Below the pieces are notes generated by a model. That model searched no databases, was not told where the DNA came from, and saw only the letters and a program-made list of their open reading frames with translations. DNA of 63,238 nucleotides, the filler included, from Octopus bimaculoides (lineage: Eukaryota), in the NCBI RefSeq assembly GCF_001194135.2. It is 7 parts of 5 records of this genome, joined end to end, with 100 filler letters (N's around TTAATTAATTAA, not from the genome) between each part and the next. Parts side by side here need not be neighbours in the genome. Positions count along the whole stretch, not along the records: positions 11,862 to 32,872 come from NC_068989.1; 6 more parts are not named here. The stretch is one strand, 5' to 3'. Positions 11,762 to 24,877 of this stretch are shown one piece after another; within the stretch, counting starts at the first letter, position 1; each line of letters begins with the position of its first letter. Position numbers and translations under genes: made by a program.

Positions 11762-11861
11762 NNNNNNNNNNNNNNNNNNNNNNNNNNNNNNNNNNNNNNN
11801 NNNNNTTAATTAATTAANNNNNNNNNNNNNNNNNNNNNNNNNNNNNNNNNNNNNNNNNNNN
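11762..11861. other. Artificial scaffold linker 1 (44N-TTAATTAATTAA-44N)
   Basis: Self-complementary six-frame stop; identical 100-bp format at six sites. Confidence 0.95.
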
Positions 11862-12095
11862 GGCACATAAAAGACACCATTTCGAGCGTGGCCGTTTTCG
11901 TGCGGGTGACACGTAAAAGCACCCACTACACTCTCTGAGTGGTTGGCGTTAGGAAGGGCATCCAGCTGTAGAAACTCTGCCAAATCAGACTGGAGCCTGG
12001 TGTTGCCATCCGGTTTCACCAGTCCTCAGTCAAATCGTCCAACCCATGCTAGCATGGAAAGCGGACGTTAAACGATGATGATGATGATGATGATG
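11862..12095 (+). mobile_element. RTE LINE 3' UTR with (GAT)n tail
   Basis: Near-identical to 38484-38710; ends aacccatgctagcatggaaagcggacgttaaacgatgatgat. Confidence 0.85.
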
Positions 12096-12096
12096 T

Positions 12097-12240
12097 TTCA
12101 AGTTCAAATTCCACCAAGGTTGACTTTGCCTTTCATCTGTTCAGGATTGATAAAATAAGTACTAGCTGAGCACCAGGGTCGACATAATCAACTTAACCCT
12201 CCCACCTAAATTGCTAGCTTTGTACCAAATTTGAAATCAG
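12097..12240 (+). mobile_element. SINE family A, 5'-truncated
   Basis: aagttcaaattccaccaaggttgactttgcctttcatc..gataaaataagtact. Confidence 0.75.
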
Positions 12241-12331
12241 TACAATGACTATAAGAAACAAATGTGTGGGTAGCAGTTATCGACTTATGTATGAGTGGCC
12301 TATTATTCCTAACTTGTGGAATTTAAGACAA

Positions 12332-12380
<49 letters not shown>

Positions 12381-12554
12381 AGCCTTGCAAGTAAATTTGG
12401 TAGGTGGAAATAGTGGGAAGCCCATTGCATATGCCAGCAATGCATGTCAGCAAATGCATGTGAAAGTTGATATCTTGTGGCTATGCTTCTGAAAGAAAGA
12501 AAGGAAGGAAGGACAGAAGGAAGGAGTACCCATGTGGACATACACACACACACA

Positions 12555-12607
<53 letters not shown>

Positions 12608-12612
<5 letters not shown>

Positions 12613-13899
12613 TACCCAGTGTAAGCTATGGACACATAAGAGATGCAGCAATATCAAAGGAAGGCTAACTGGGAAGATAATTTTTGCATGTAACAGATGC
12701 TCAGGAGCAATAAACATGTGCAGAAAACAGCTACCGTCACATTCCAGGGGGAAAAACACTACAAGTAGTTGATAGCTTCCGTTACCTAGGTGACTAAGTC
12801 AGTAGCAGTGGTGGGTGCTCTAAAAGTGTAGCTGCTAGAATAAGAATAGTCTGGGCAAAGTTCAGAGAGCTCCGACCTCTGCTGGTGACAAAGCACCTCT
12901 CACTCAGAGTAAAAGGTAGACTGTATGACACATGTATGCAAACAGCCATGCTACATGGCAGTGAAACATGGGCCATGACTGCTGATGACATGCATAAGCT
13001 TGCAAGGAATGAAGCCAGTATTCTCCGCTGGATGTGTAATGTCAGTGTGCATATATGACAGAGTGTAAGCACCCTGAGAGAAAAGTTGAACTTCAGAAGC
13101 ATCAGATGTGGCATGCAAGAGATACGATTGCGCTGGTATGGACATGTGGTGAGAATGGATGAGGACAGCTGTGTGAAAAAGTGTCACACCCTAGCAGTAG
13201 ATGGAACCTGTGGAAGAGGTAGACCCAGGAAGACTTGGGATGAGGTGGTGAAGTACAACCTTTGAACATTGAGCCTCACCAAGGCAATGACAAGAGACCG
13301 AGACCTTTGGAAATATGCTGTGCATGAGAAGACCCGGCAGCCAAGTGAGACCAAAACAGTGGCCTATGCCAGTGCAGCACAACCAGCCCATTTAAGAGTA
13401 CCCTTCAATCCTTGGGCAATAAACTGCACTTGCAAAGACCTGTTGAGGCAAGTAAAATCACTGTCGTGGGCAATGACAGTACAGCCTGATTGGCACCCGT
13501 GCCAGTGGAACGTTAAAAGCACCATTCAAGCATGATTGTTGCCAGTGTTGCCTGACTGGCTTCTGTGCCAGTGGCACATAGAAAAACACCATTCAAGCGT
13601 AGTCATTGCCAGTGTTGCCTGACTGGCTCCTGTACTGATGGCACGTAAAAAGCACCATTTGAGCATGGTCAAGGCCAGTACCGCCTGACTGGTCCTCATG
13701 CCGCTTGCACATAAAAAGCACTTGCTACACTTTCAGAGTGGTTGGCATTAGGAAAGGCATCCAGCTGTAGAAACTCTGCCAGATCAGATTGGGGCCTGGT
13801 GCAGCCTTCTGGCTCGTCAGCCCTCAGTCAAACTGTCCAGCTCATTCATGCCAGCATGGAAAGAGGATGTTAAACAATGACGATGATGATAATGATGAT
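12608..13899 (+). mobile_element. 5'-truncated RTE LINE (half PHD, RT C-terminus, 3' UTR, (GAT)n tail)
   Basis: TQCKLWTHKRCSNIKGRLTGKIIFACNRC..VDSFRYLGD..WAKFREL.PLL..LYDTCMQTAMLHGSETW..RLRWYGHVVRM..GRGRPRKTW..RDLWKYAV. Confidence 0.92.
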
Positions 13900-14369
13900 T
13901 TTAAACACTATCTTCAAAAAATTAAAACATGGTTGTGAATACCTTGGAGGAGAGAAAATAATTTATTCTACCATTGTATCACACTTGAATTAGTTTATGT
14001 TCCTAAAATGTTCCAATGCTATGTGTAAAAAATCAGACTATTAATTTTTTTTTTTTTACAATGTTTGAATATATTTCAAATTTTATAAAAATTAACAGTC
14101 TGGTTCCTGTAGCATCATACCTGATTAGTTTAGAAATACAAAAAAATTTCAGTGTAAGACAATGAAAAAATTAATTATTTTCCATCTTCTACATGCTAAC
14201 TTTGCCTCTGCTCTGCACTAACTTTATGAAGACATTGTTTTTAATGAGGAATTTCAATAACAACAATATTCCAGTATATACTGTACATATATATTGTGTG
14301 AAATATAATTGTCTCCCATTTTGTTACACATACTCAGATAACACACCAAGTATCAGACAATAAGCATAA

Positions 14370-14904
14370 GCCAGTGTCAACAGTGGTTCCAGAAATTCCA
14401 AGCCAGAAACTACAGCCTAGAAGATGAGCCTCATCCTGGAAGATTTGTGGAGCTTGACAAGGAGATCCTGCAAAACCTGGTGGAACAAAATCCCATTGTA
14501 ACTGTTGAGGAATTGCAGAGAAGCTTGGATTTGGTCATTCAACCATTCATCAGCACCTGCGTACCATTGGAATAGTCAGCAAATTGGATCAATGGGTTCC
14601 TCACAAACTTGCCAAGTCTAATCATGCGCAGTGAGTGAATGTATGCTCTTCTCTGCTGTCACATCTCATAAATGAAACTTTTTTGGACCGAATAGTGACG
14701 AGAAATGGTTTCTCTATAAAAATGTCAAGCGTTGAAGACAATGGGTAGGGAAAGGAGAAATATCAGCACCCTAGGCTAAAGGGTCTTCACCCACGTAAGC
14801 TGTTGTTATCTGTTTGGTGGGATATGAAAGGTTTAGTTCACTTTGAACTTTTAAACCCAAACCAAACGATAACAAAGAAGATCTACTGTGAGAAGCATGA
14901 GCAG
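14370..14904 (+). pseudogene. Mariner transposase fragment
   Basis: QWFQKF..SLEDEPHPGR..LVEQNP..HSTIHQHL..IG..SKLDQWVPHKL..FLDRIVT-EKW..GLHPRKLLLSVWWDMKGLVHFELL; WVPH(K/E)L motif present. Confidence 0.88.
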
Positions 14905-14989
14905 TATGGATGTATTTGGCACTTGAATAGTGCCCCAAATACATCCAATCATTGAAGGACAATTTGATACCAGACTTGGATGAAGCTTG

Positions 14990-15142
14990 TTTCCAGCCTT
15001 CTGTGGAAAAACATCTCTGGCCATGGAGAAATATTACCTTGCTTGGAAACAGGTGAAGGTTGACAACCAGGACATCTGGGGCCATAGAAAATCTGCCTGA
15101 CCCATGCAAGTATGGAAAAGTGGATGTTAAATGATGATGATA
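14990..15142 (+). mobile_element. Short retroposon ending in an RTE-like terminus and (GAT)n
   Basis: cccatgcaagtatggaaaagtggatgttaaatgatgatg; a related copy lies at 29505-29650 on the minus strand. Confidence 0.6.
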
Positions 15143-15429
15143 AAACATGAGAGTATAAAATACTATGTTTAGAAAGAGATAGCACTGTTAATAATCTTAA
15201 GAAAATTATGGATTCCATACATTACCACCTTCTTATTGCTTTAAAGTGTACTTTTAATGATACCTGTATGTTTTTGCTCTTCCCCCACCTGCAGTCTGAA
15301 ATAGCTTTGTAGAGATAATTGTTTAGACAGTTGTTTTTCATACTGTGACTTGGCAAATATAAATAGGGATATATTTCAAGATATTACTGAAAATACTATT
15401 ATAACTGATTCAACTGATTAATATCATTA

Positions 15430-15900
15430 TCACCTTTGTCAGCCTTTTCATCATCATCATTGACATTATTCTCCTCCTTATCATCATCATCATCATCACC
15501 ATCATCTCTATTGTATCAGCATCTTCACCATATATCCTTTTGTTATTGCCATCATCTCTTTGTTATCTTTGTTGGTACCATTTTCTTACTATTATCATAG
15601 TCATCACCATCCTTGTTATCACTATCATCTTTTTGTTATTGCCATCATCATCTCCTTGATATCATCATTGCCCTTTTATCATCAACATCATCATCATGCC
15701 CATCATTGTCATCATCATCAACCCCTTCATAATATCATCATTATTCTCTTGTTATCATCATTACCTTCATCACTCCCCACCCCTGCCTTGTTATTGTTTT
15801 GATACTTGTCACCATCCTCATCATCATATTCACCATCACCATCTTAAATGCCCACATCTCCACCACCATTTCCATCCTCCTCCTATTCTACCACCACCGT
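15430..15900. repeat. Degenerate (CAT)n-rich low-complexity tract
   Basis: Direct reading. Confidence 0.85.
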
Positions 15901-16080
15901 CTTCAAGAGACAAAGTTACCGATAGACAACAAGTAATTTACAATAATATATCTTCTGAATAATTCCGGCATGAAACACTTTGAAATATCTCAATGGTATG
16001 TCAGAGTGTCATCCTGTTTACATGTAAAGTGTAATTATTGATAACATAAGAAGTGCACTGTATCTTAACACAAGACACAA

Positions 16081-16135
<55 letters not shown>

Positions 16136-16734
16136 ACCCACTTAAGTGCCGTTCATTCTACATGCATCTTCCCTTTCTATACTGCTTGTCACCACAGTGT
16201 CACCTTGTCTGCCAGCACACTCTTATTCCTTTTCTCCAATGACTTCCGTCCTCACTTAGTTTTCAAGGTCTCACAGACTTCTGTCATCTCCCTACCATCT
16301 CAGACACATTACCTTGAATATTGGCACTTGACTCACAATATTGAGTACTCTTATCACTCATTCCTTTCATCACTATCATTCATGCTTTTATTGCTCATGC
16401 TTCTCATTCTGCAAAGGGGCAAATAAATGAGCGGAGACATGAGGCTGAGGTTCCATTATTTTTCATGACCAAGAAACGATTACCCATCTAGTGTTGGTGT
16501 CACAAAAATGCACCAAGTACACTCTGTGAAGTGGTTGGTGTTAGGAAGTGCTTTCAGCTTCAGAAGCAAAGCCGAAATAAAACAAAGTGTTAGACAAGGG
16601 TCCCTTGACATCTAGGTGAGCAGAACCATCCAAACCATACCTGTGGGAACAGCAGGTGTAAATGACTATATATATACTTTCATCATCTGACACAAGACCA
16701 CCTCCTCCAATGGCCCTCCCCTCTCAAAATTTCT

Positions 16735-16955
16735 TGTCTTACAAGTTACTTGGTGACCCTGCCACTACTGGTGGCACTTAAAAAGCAACCAGTCCACAAT
16801 GTAGAGTGGTTGGCATTTGGAAGGACATCCAGCTATAAAAACCATGCCAGAACACACAGAAATATGGTGCAGTCTTATGCTTGGCCAGCTCTTATCAAAC
16901 CATCGAACCCATGCCAACAAGGAAGGAGGCCATTAAATGATGATGATGATGATAT
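16735..16955 (+). mobile_element. RTE-tail-related short element
   Basis: gagtggttggcatttggaaggacatccagct..aacccatgcc..taaatgatgatg. Confidence 0.7.
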
Positions 16956-17989
16956 ATTATAACAGGTTTGTTCTTATGTATAGTTATATATAAAAACAGT
17001 CAACTATTAAAATAAGGATAAATAAGGACTACTCAAACTATTTCAGCAGAGTATCACATTTATTTGTATGAGGACAAGGTTGACAGTGATTTTGAAGTTT
17101 TGCTAGGTATAGGTTCAGACAGTCTGACAAAGGAACAACTAGAGGAATTTTGAAGTCACTGACAACATTTTCATTGTAAATACACACACACATACATGAG
17201 AGAGAGAGAGAGAGAGAGGAAAGTGAGAGAGAGAGAGAAAGAGAGGAGAGTGAGAGAGAGAAAATCCACAGCGTAGAATAAGTTTAAGTTGTGAGAGAAT
17301 TCAACTATTTAGGACAAAGATCCCTTGTCAAAGAAATGAGGACAAAGATGGCTAGATTAAAATATAGACAGATGGATTGATAAAGTTTATAGGCAGGCAG
17401 AAAGCTAGATGGGTTGATAAATATTTAGACAAGGAGATAAAGAGATTTATCAATTAGACAGATAGTTTTATTATCGGTGGTGAGAGTCAGAGAGATAACC
17501 GTATAGTTAAGCCAGTGTCAGTGTAATTAATTCATGGGGCATTAAGAGTTAGAAATAATTAGGCAATGAAAAAGAAAAACAAACAGAAGTCAACAACTAA
17601 TAATCTTTGTAGACAGATAGATAAATTGTCTTTCAGACAGTCAAATTATAAGACAGACAAACATCCAGATAGAGATGTTTGAGCAGACATTCTATGTGAT
17701 TGATATGCTTGTTTTGTCCATTTTAAAGTTCCGTTTTCCTCTGCTGGACAAGTACTTATTTATGGCAGTATTTTTACAGCTGGATGCCCTTCCTGTCACC
17801 AACTTAGTTATATTTCACAAATAAGGAATTTTTTTTATTCCACTGTTTTGAGAGGACATAGCTATAAGACAGGACATAATATTTTACCTGGTATGTAAAC
17901 AAGACAATACTGTTTTTTCATTTTTTTTTTTTTTTCACTCAAATTATTTCATGCAAGCAGTAGAAATGACAATTTTCACACACAAACAA

Positions 17990-18140
17990 ACACATGCATA
18001 ACATGCCTCTATGCAATTTTCATCTACCAATTCTCTTCACAGGACATTGTTTGGCCTCAGGTAATAGTAGAAAACAGCCCAAGGTGCCATGCTGTAGATC
18101 ATGTAGTTGTTAAACATATTGCATAAGCACACAAACCATG
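17990..18140 (-). mobile_element. Degenerate SINE family B head
   Basis: ctaccaa..ctcac..ttggcc..agtagaa..gcccaaggtgccatgc. Confidence 0.6.
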
Positions 18141-18391
18141 CCTAAACCCACATTGCCAGGAAATATATTTCCCAATAATGGATACACAGTACATGATATA
18201 TAATTAAACAGTATAGGCAATTAAGAATTAAGGCAATAACTGAAAAGTACAATCTAGACAAGTTGTATAAATATAACAAGGTATTAAATTAGATTAATTA
18301 AAAAGGATAGGTTTCAAAACTAATTGTCTTCAGGAACATTCTTATATAATAGAACTAAATGAAAAAATTAATGCAAGAACTGATCTTATAC

Positions 18392-18575
18392 AGGTTGTTG
18401 TTCTTTAACCCCAGGTCATCCCTGGTTGAGGAAACTCATAATCAAAAGCATTCTTTCTTTGGCCATCCTATCTTTTGTACTCTTTCTTCAAGATCGCAGG
18501 GTTTGAACTGGGGGAAATCTGGTTGCTATTTCTTGTAAGTTGAGTGATCGTATAGAGGTGTATTCGTGGGTACAT
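18392..18575. repeat. Unclassified interspersed repeat (ttgtt.tttaaccccaggtca..tgatcaaag..attccag..atgaccatcc)
   Basis: Related copies near 10700-10790, 21520-21585, 28510-28830 and 30325-30410. Confidence 0.5.
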
Positions 18576-18914
18576 TCATAAGTAAGTCTTTCGTGTTGGT
18601 GTTTAGAACAGGTTTGATAAGATAAGATAACCAACAAACCATGGACAGCACAAGAGTAACCAACTGAAAATTTGGTGGTGGGGGCATAAAAATCACCACA
18701 CCAATTTGAATTTTGTTTTCAACATTTAATTATCCTACAGCTGTTACTGGTACTTAGAATTTTGGTAAAACAAAATGTTAAGAGAACTGTTGTAGAAGTT
18801 AGAATCTAAATTGCAAATTCTCATAGTTGTCATCATTTATACAGCCAAAGTTAAATCAAACCAATGTAAGTCCATTTTCTAACCCCAGGAGGAAGACACG
18901 AAATATACAATCAC

Positions 18915-19295
18915 AGTATCTTTTACTTGTCATTGGCCTGCAGCCATGCTGAGGCACCACCTTGAAGGGTTTCGTCAGAAAAATGGGCCCTGGCACTTTT
19001 TTTTTTTAAAGTCAGGTTCTTATTCTTTCAAACACTTTTTGCCGAACTGCTAAGTTACAGGGATGTAAACAAACCAACATCAGTTGTCAAGCAGTCGTGC
19101 AGGATAAATAGACATACATATACACACACTCACAATAGGCTTTTGCAGGTTTGGTCTACGAAATCCACTCACAAGGCTTTGATTGGCCCAGGACTTATAG
19201 TAGAAGACATTTGCCCAAGGTGCAATACAGTGGGACTGAACCTGGAACTATGTGGTTGGGAAGCAAACTTTACTACACAGCCATGCCTGTGCCTA
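18915..19295 (-). mobile_element. Full-length composite SINE family B (tRNA head, (CA/TA)n core, 3' domain)
   Basis: Head 19135-19295 and tail 18915-19110 are joined by a short (CA)n tract. Confidence 0.8.
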
Positions 19296-20812
19296 CAAAT
19301 TTTCACTTCCGTGTTTTTTTTCTTTCATTTTTTTTTTTTTTTTTGNNNNNNNNNNTAAGGGAAGTTTGAAGGCAACTAAATAATTAAGTAGAGGAAAACA
19401 GTTTAGCTTCATCATCTTTGCAACTTTCATGGGTGATTTCATCTAATTTGCTTCCTACAATTTTGAGTGGGAATACAGGCACAGCTTTTGAAGAACAAAG
19501 TCTCTTTTATTTATAATACAAAGGAGTAGTAATTTGGTACTGAAATGGATTGAATTATACATGAGCACATCAGAGAAAATTCTAAGAAGCAGAATATGAG
19601 AAATTAAGTTATTGAATTAACATCTTACTATGAATTCTAAATATGTTACCTGCATCAACCAGTGTATCATGACTTAGGGCAAGCTATGGCATAACTGATT
19701 ACCCTGGTGTATCGGTACGACAATATGTCTCCCTCCTATTTCATGGCTAAGTGAATAAGGACACCATTATCACCATTAGTTTAACATACACTTTTCTATG
19801 CTGGCATGAGTCAGATAAAACTTAGTAAGGCATTTTTTCTGTGATTGGATGGCACCAACATATATTACACACACACATCCATTCTACTATAGGCACAAGG
19901 CCAGCAATTTTGAGGGAGGGATAAGTTGATTTCATCAACCCCATTACTCAACTGGTACTTTATATATATATATATATATNNNNNNNNNNNNNNNNNNNNN
20001 NNNNNNNNNNNNNNNNNNNNNNNNNNNNNNNNNNNNNNNNNNNNNNNNNNNNNNNNNNNNNNNNNNNNNNNNNNNNNNNNNNNNNNNNNNNNNNNNNNNN
20101 NNNNNNNNNNNNNNNNNNNNNNNNNNNNNNNNNNNNNNNNNNNNNNNNNNNNNNNNNNNNNNNNNNNNNNNNNNNNNNNNNNNNNNNNNNNNNNNNNNNN
20201 NNNNNNNNNNNNNNNNNNNNNNNNNNNNNNNNNNNNNNNNNNNNNNNNNNNNNNNNNNNNNNNNNNNNNNNNNNNNNNNNNNNNNNNNNNNNNNNNNNNN
20301 NNNNNNNNNNNNNNNNNNNNNNNNNNNNNNNNNNNNNNNNNNNNNNNNNNNNNNNNNNNNNNNNNNNNNNNNNNNNNNNNNNNNNNNNNNNNNNNNNNNN
20401 NNNNNNNNNNNNNNNNNNNNNNNNNNNNNNNNNNNNNNNNNNNNNNNNNNNNNNNNNNNNNNNNNNNNNNNNNNNNNNNNNNNNNNNNNNNNNNNNNNNN
20501 NNNNNNNNNNNNNNNNNNNNNNNNNNNNNNNNNNNNNNNNNNNNNNNNNNNNNNNNNNNNNNNNNNNNNNNNNNNNNNNNNNNNNNNNNNNNNNNNNNCA
20601 TGTCTATCAATTTGTTTTGTAAGATTATTAAGTTAATGGACAGAAGAGGAAATGATTTTATCTTGGCTGAAAAATTGCGTCCCATTTCAACAGGAAACTC
20701 TGAGATGACATCAAGTGGAAAATGTTCCCCATCTGCCATCCCACCACAAGAAGTAAAAACTTGTAGAGCTGTGAAGAAAGCAGTAACCCTTGAGAAATGG
20801 TGGAAGGGGAGG

Positions 20813-20854
<42 letters not shown>

Positions 20855-21606
20855 GAGATTTATAGTGCCATGAAGAAAACAGCAACCCTTGAGAGACATA
20901 GAGCTGTGAAGAAAGGAACAAAGAAAGAACGATAAATGAACAGCCATAGAAAATAACAAAATATTCCAAATAAATAAACCTAAACAAAACAAAAATTAAA
21001 GAGAAACATATCATTCCTCAGATTTCAAAGATGTAAGCTCAAATTCTTTTGCACTCCTTATGTATGAAAACAAAACAAAGAATATAATTTTTTTTTACCA
21101 TCAGTCTAAGAAGTGTTAGGAACCAAACTACTTCAGGAATTGAGAGAGAAACAAACAGATCTGCTAAATCCATTCCAGTCATTGTAATAAGGAAAATTTT
21201 AGAAAATTATGTCTAAATAAATCATATGAAAACAAAAAGATTAAAAATGCCATCATGAAACAGAGAAAGCAATCTTTATTAAAGATTTAACTGGAAAATA
21301 AATACTTATTTTTGTATAGATTTACTCTTCATAAATTGAGTTATTTATAATGGAAAACACATTTTATTTCCCCAAAATCACAATAACAGATAATAGAGTT
21401 TTATAAAGAGTTGTTATGGAAACTATAGCAGCAGTGGTCTTATACTTTAGTGAGAAATAGAAGTCGCTAAGTGACTGCCTGCTGCAAGAAAGCTAAAATC
21501 TAATTTCATTTAGGCTGTTGTTTTTGCCTGAAGACAGTGCTGATTAAACAGACCAATGATCCAGCCATGATCATCCCAACTTTTAAAATTTATTATTGGA
21601 TATACA

Positions 21607-21694
21607 TGCAGTGGCTGTGTGGTTAAGAAGCTTGCTTCCCAACTATGTGGTCTTAGATTCAGTTCCACTGCACAGCACCTTGGACAAGTATGTT

Positions 21695-21745
<51 letters not shown>

Positions 21746-21825
21746 ATATTGTTGTGTCTGGAGAGAGTCATTCTCTTTTTGTGCCTTATTATTTAACACA
21801 CTCACCGGTGAAGTTTCCACTCATT

Positions 21826-21865
<40 letters not shown>

Positions 21866-22065
21866 TCTATATATATACACACCCACGTGGTAGTGGTGTG
21901 TGTGTGTGTGTATCTCCATAACTTAGTGCTTAGGCAAAGATACTGATAGAATAAGTACTAGGCTTTAAAAAATAAGTCCTGGAGTCAATTTGTTCAACTA
22001 AAAGCCTTCATGGTAGAGCCCTAGCATGTCCACAGTCAAATGACTGAAACAAGTAAAAAATATAA
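21607..22065 (+). mobile_element. Composite SINE family B with expanded internal microsatellites
   Basis: gtggctgtgtggttaagaagcttgcttccc..(TA)n..gatagaataagtactaggc..cagtcaaatgactgaaacaagtaaaa. Confidence 0.75.
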
Positions 22066-22414
22066 ACTAGCAGAACTCTTGTTTATAATCCATGTGGCCC
22101 TTACAGATCTGAATAAGATTTTGTTGTAAAAATTTGAGCACAATAAATTGCTTATACTTCTATAATGCACAAAATATGCAAAAAATTTTATATAACTCTT
22201 AATAATATTTAATTATAAAAATACAGTGGGATTTTTTTTTAATATACACATCGAATGGCTATGGAGGTCCAGTAGAGTAAAATAGAAATCAAAGTGATCT
22301 ATAGGCAAAAATTGGTTGAGAACCACCAATTTATACAAACTATATTGGTCAAACTCTTTTTAGTCAGTTTTTTTTTTTTAATACCAAGACGATGACTGGA
22401 ATGTATAATAGTGG

Positions 22415-22627
22415 TTTCAAATTTTGATACAAGGCCAGCAATTTTAGGGGAGGAGTAAGTCAATTACATCAACCCCAGTACTCAATTGTTACTTTATTTT
22501 ATTGACCCTGAAAGGAAGAAAGGCAAAGCTGATCTCCATGGAATTTGAACTCTGAACATAAACAGCCACATGAAATGCCACTAAGTAATTTGTCCCATGC
22601 AGTAACAATTCTGTTAACTTGCCATCT
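22415..22627 (-). mobile_element. SINE family A
   Basis: gaaaggcaaagctgatctccatggaatttgaactc plus the family tail. Confidence 0.75.
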
Positions 22628-23003
22628 TTGAAATATGTATATATTGACATTGTTTTTTTTTTTTTTTAGGGAGAATTTAATTGATATGTTTAATAAATTA
22701 AGAAAAGCTTAACTATCATTTGCAAATGAATATGATCTGGTTGCTTGTACCAAGCTCTCACTAATTGTTTTAGGTACCTATGTAGTCACCAGCAGACACT
22801 GAGGGAGAAGATGTATTCTAGTGGTTAGGGTGTAAAGTGCACTATCATAAGGTTGTGGATTCAATTCTTCAACTGGGCAGTGCATTATGTTCTTCTTAGA
22901 TAAGAACATAAATATTACCAACAAATAAATAATGGAACAAAAGTGAATGAGCATGATTCTACAAAAAATTATGTTCAGTAACTCGTTTTTAACTGAGAAG
23001 GTA

Positions 23004-24509
23004 TAAAAATTTCACAGATTCTTAAAATCATATAACTTAGAAAAATGTCTTTGCAAAAGTCTACAGCCCACAGATATTATACTGTGTTATCAGGTAGTTT
23101 GTCATTGATGTATACAATCCAAAACAATCAAAAGTGACATGTGTATTCTACCATAACAAACAAACTTGGCCAGTCTATTATTTCGCTATATAAGGTGATT
23201 TAACTGCCTACAAAATCATTCACCACATGGTTTTTTGGTATGTTGGTCTTTGGACTCTGACTGTAAACACAAGGTGTCCAACTCAAGAAAGAAAATGGGC
23301 AAGCCTCTTTCTCAGGAACTTAAAAACCTTATATTTAAAAGTACAATAAAAATAATGGCTATAAAAAGATTGCAAAAACTTTAGAATTGCCCCTAAGCAC
23401 TGTTAAAACTGTAGTTAAGAAGTGGTTAGTGCACAAAACCACTGCTACCCTACCAAGATCTGGAAGACCAAGCAAACTTACCAGAAGAGCAAAGTCAAAA
23501 CTGGTCTGGGAGGCAACCTCCAACCCTAGTGCAACACGAAGACTTGAAAGCTTCAGTTTCCAGTACTGGGACAGATGTCCATGCATCCACAATTTCTAGA
23601 GTATTGCAGCGGTCTGGCCTGCAAGGGAGGATAGCTAGAAAAAAGCCCCTTCTGAAGCCTATACACAAGCAAGCTAGGCTAAACTTTGTCAAAAGTCACA
23701 TTAATGATTTCATGACCATGTGGCAAAATATTTTGTGGTCAGATGAGACCAAAGTCGAGTTATTTGGAAAAAATATGAAACGCTACGTTTTGCGGAAAAA
23801 AGGCATTGCTCACCAGCCTCGTTACACTGTCCCCACTATAAAGCATGGCGGTGGCTCAATCATGCTTTGGGGCTGTTTTTCAGCTGCAGGGCCTGGAGAG
23901 TTGGTAACCATCCAAGGTATCATGGACAGTGTCAAGTACCAAGAAATATTGGGGGCAAACCTCCTGAAGTCTGCTAGAGCTCTGCGCTTGGGCCGCAATT
24001 TCAAGTTTCAACAAGATAACGACCCCAAGTATGTGTCAAAAAGCACTAAAGCTTGGTTTGCTAGCAAGAAAATCACAGTTTTGGAGTGGCCCAGTCTCCA
24101 GACCTCAATCCTATCGAAAATCTATGGCAAGATCTAAAGCTGGCTGTGCACAGACGTTCCCCATTCAATCTGACACAGCTCGAGAAGTTCTGCCATGAAG
24201 AATGGCGAAAACTGTCAGCATACCACTACAGCAAGCTCGGGGAAGGCTACCCGAAGCGTCTGCAGGCTGTAATTGATGCAGGAGGATCATCCACAAAGTA
24301 TTAGCTGAAGACATTCAAAGGGGGTGTAGACTTTTGCAAAGACATTTTTCTAAGTTATATGATTTTAAGAATCAGTGTGAAATTTTTAAAATGTAATTTT
24401 TATATCAAAGGAAAGTGTGACGGATCTGCTTATTATTTAACAATCATTGGAATTGAAAAGATGTGTTATAAATTTTCAAAGCGGGGGTGTAGACTTCTGC
24501 AAGGCACTG
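23004..24509 (+). mobile_element. Tc1-family DNA transposon with long IR/DR-type TIRs; left TIR truncated
   Basis: Right TIR 24320-24509 has two direct repeats (gggggtgtagactt.tgcaa.g.cac/t) and ends CACTG|TA. Only its inner ~66 bp are mirrored at 23004-23069. Confidence 0.9.
23295..24304 (+). pseudogene. Full-length Tc1 transposase (DD34E) with three frameshifts and no in-frame stops
   Basis: MGKPLSQELKNLIF / KYN..GYKKIAKTLELPLSTV..GRPSKL / ..ARKKPLL..WSDETK..KHGGGSIMLWGCF..FQQDNDPK..LEWP / SPDLNPIENLW..TKY*. Shifts near 23340, 23535 and 24090. Confidence 0.95.
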
Positions 24510-24845
24510 TAAACAGTTAATTGGTAAATTTGTAAACTATTTGTAAAGACAGTTATGCATTGCAATCTCAGTATTCTCAACAATATTGCCATAATCATCA
24601 ACCTCTTTCAATGTGTTGTTTTTCTTTACATATATTTTCTAAACAACAACAACATTAGTAACAGATTTCCAATGGACCCAATAACTGTCACACCACATTT
24701 ATAATGGTGTTGCAAGTATCTGTGAAACATGAGCAGAAAGAATATCACTATTTTTGTTCAAAAATAATACTTCGTTGGTTTTTCTGCCTGGTGATTACAA
24801 TTTTCTTGATGATGTACAACAGAAAAAGATACACACATATATACA

Positions 24846-24877
<32 letters not shown>

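Noticed and set aside
13490-13725. CRISPR-like repeat array
   Set aside because: Tandem units with no unique spacers, inside a LINE 3' UTR, with no cas genes.
19360-20790. Protein-like short frames (KAVPVFPLKIVGSKLDEI; DGEHFPLDVISEFPVEMG) as host exons
   Set aside because: No recognisable domain and no consistent splice pairs; would need RNA-seq or blastx.
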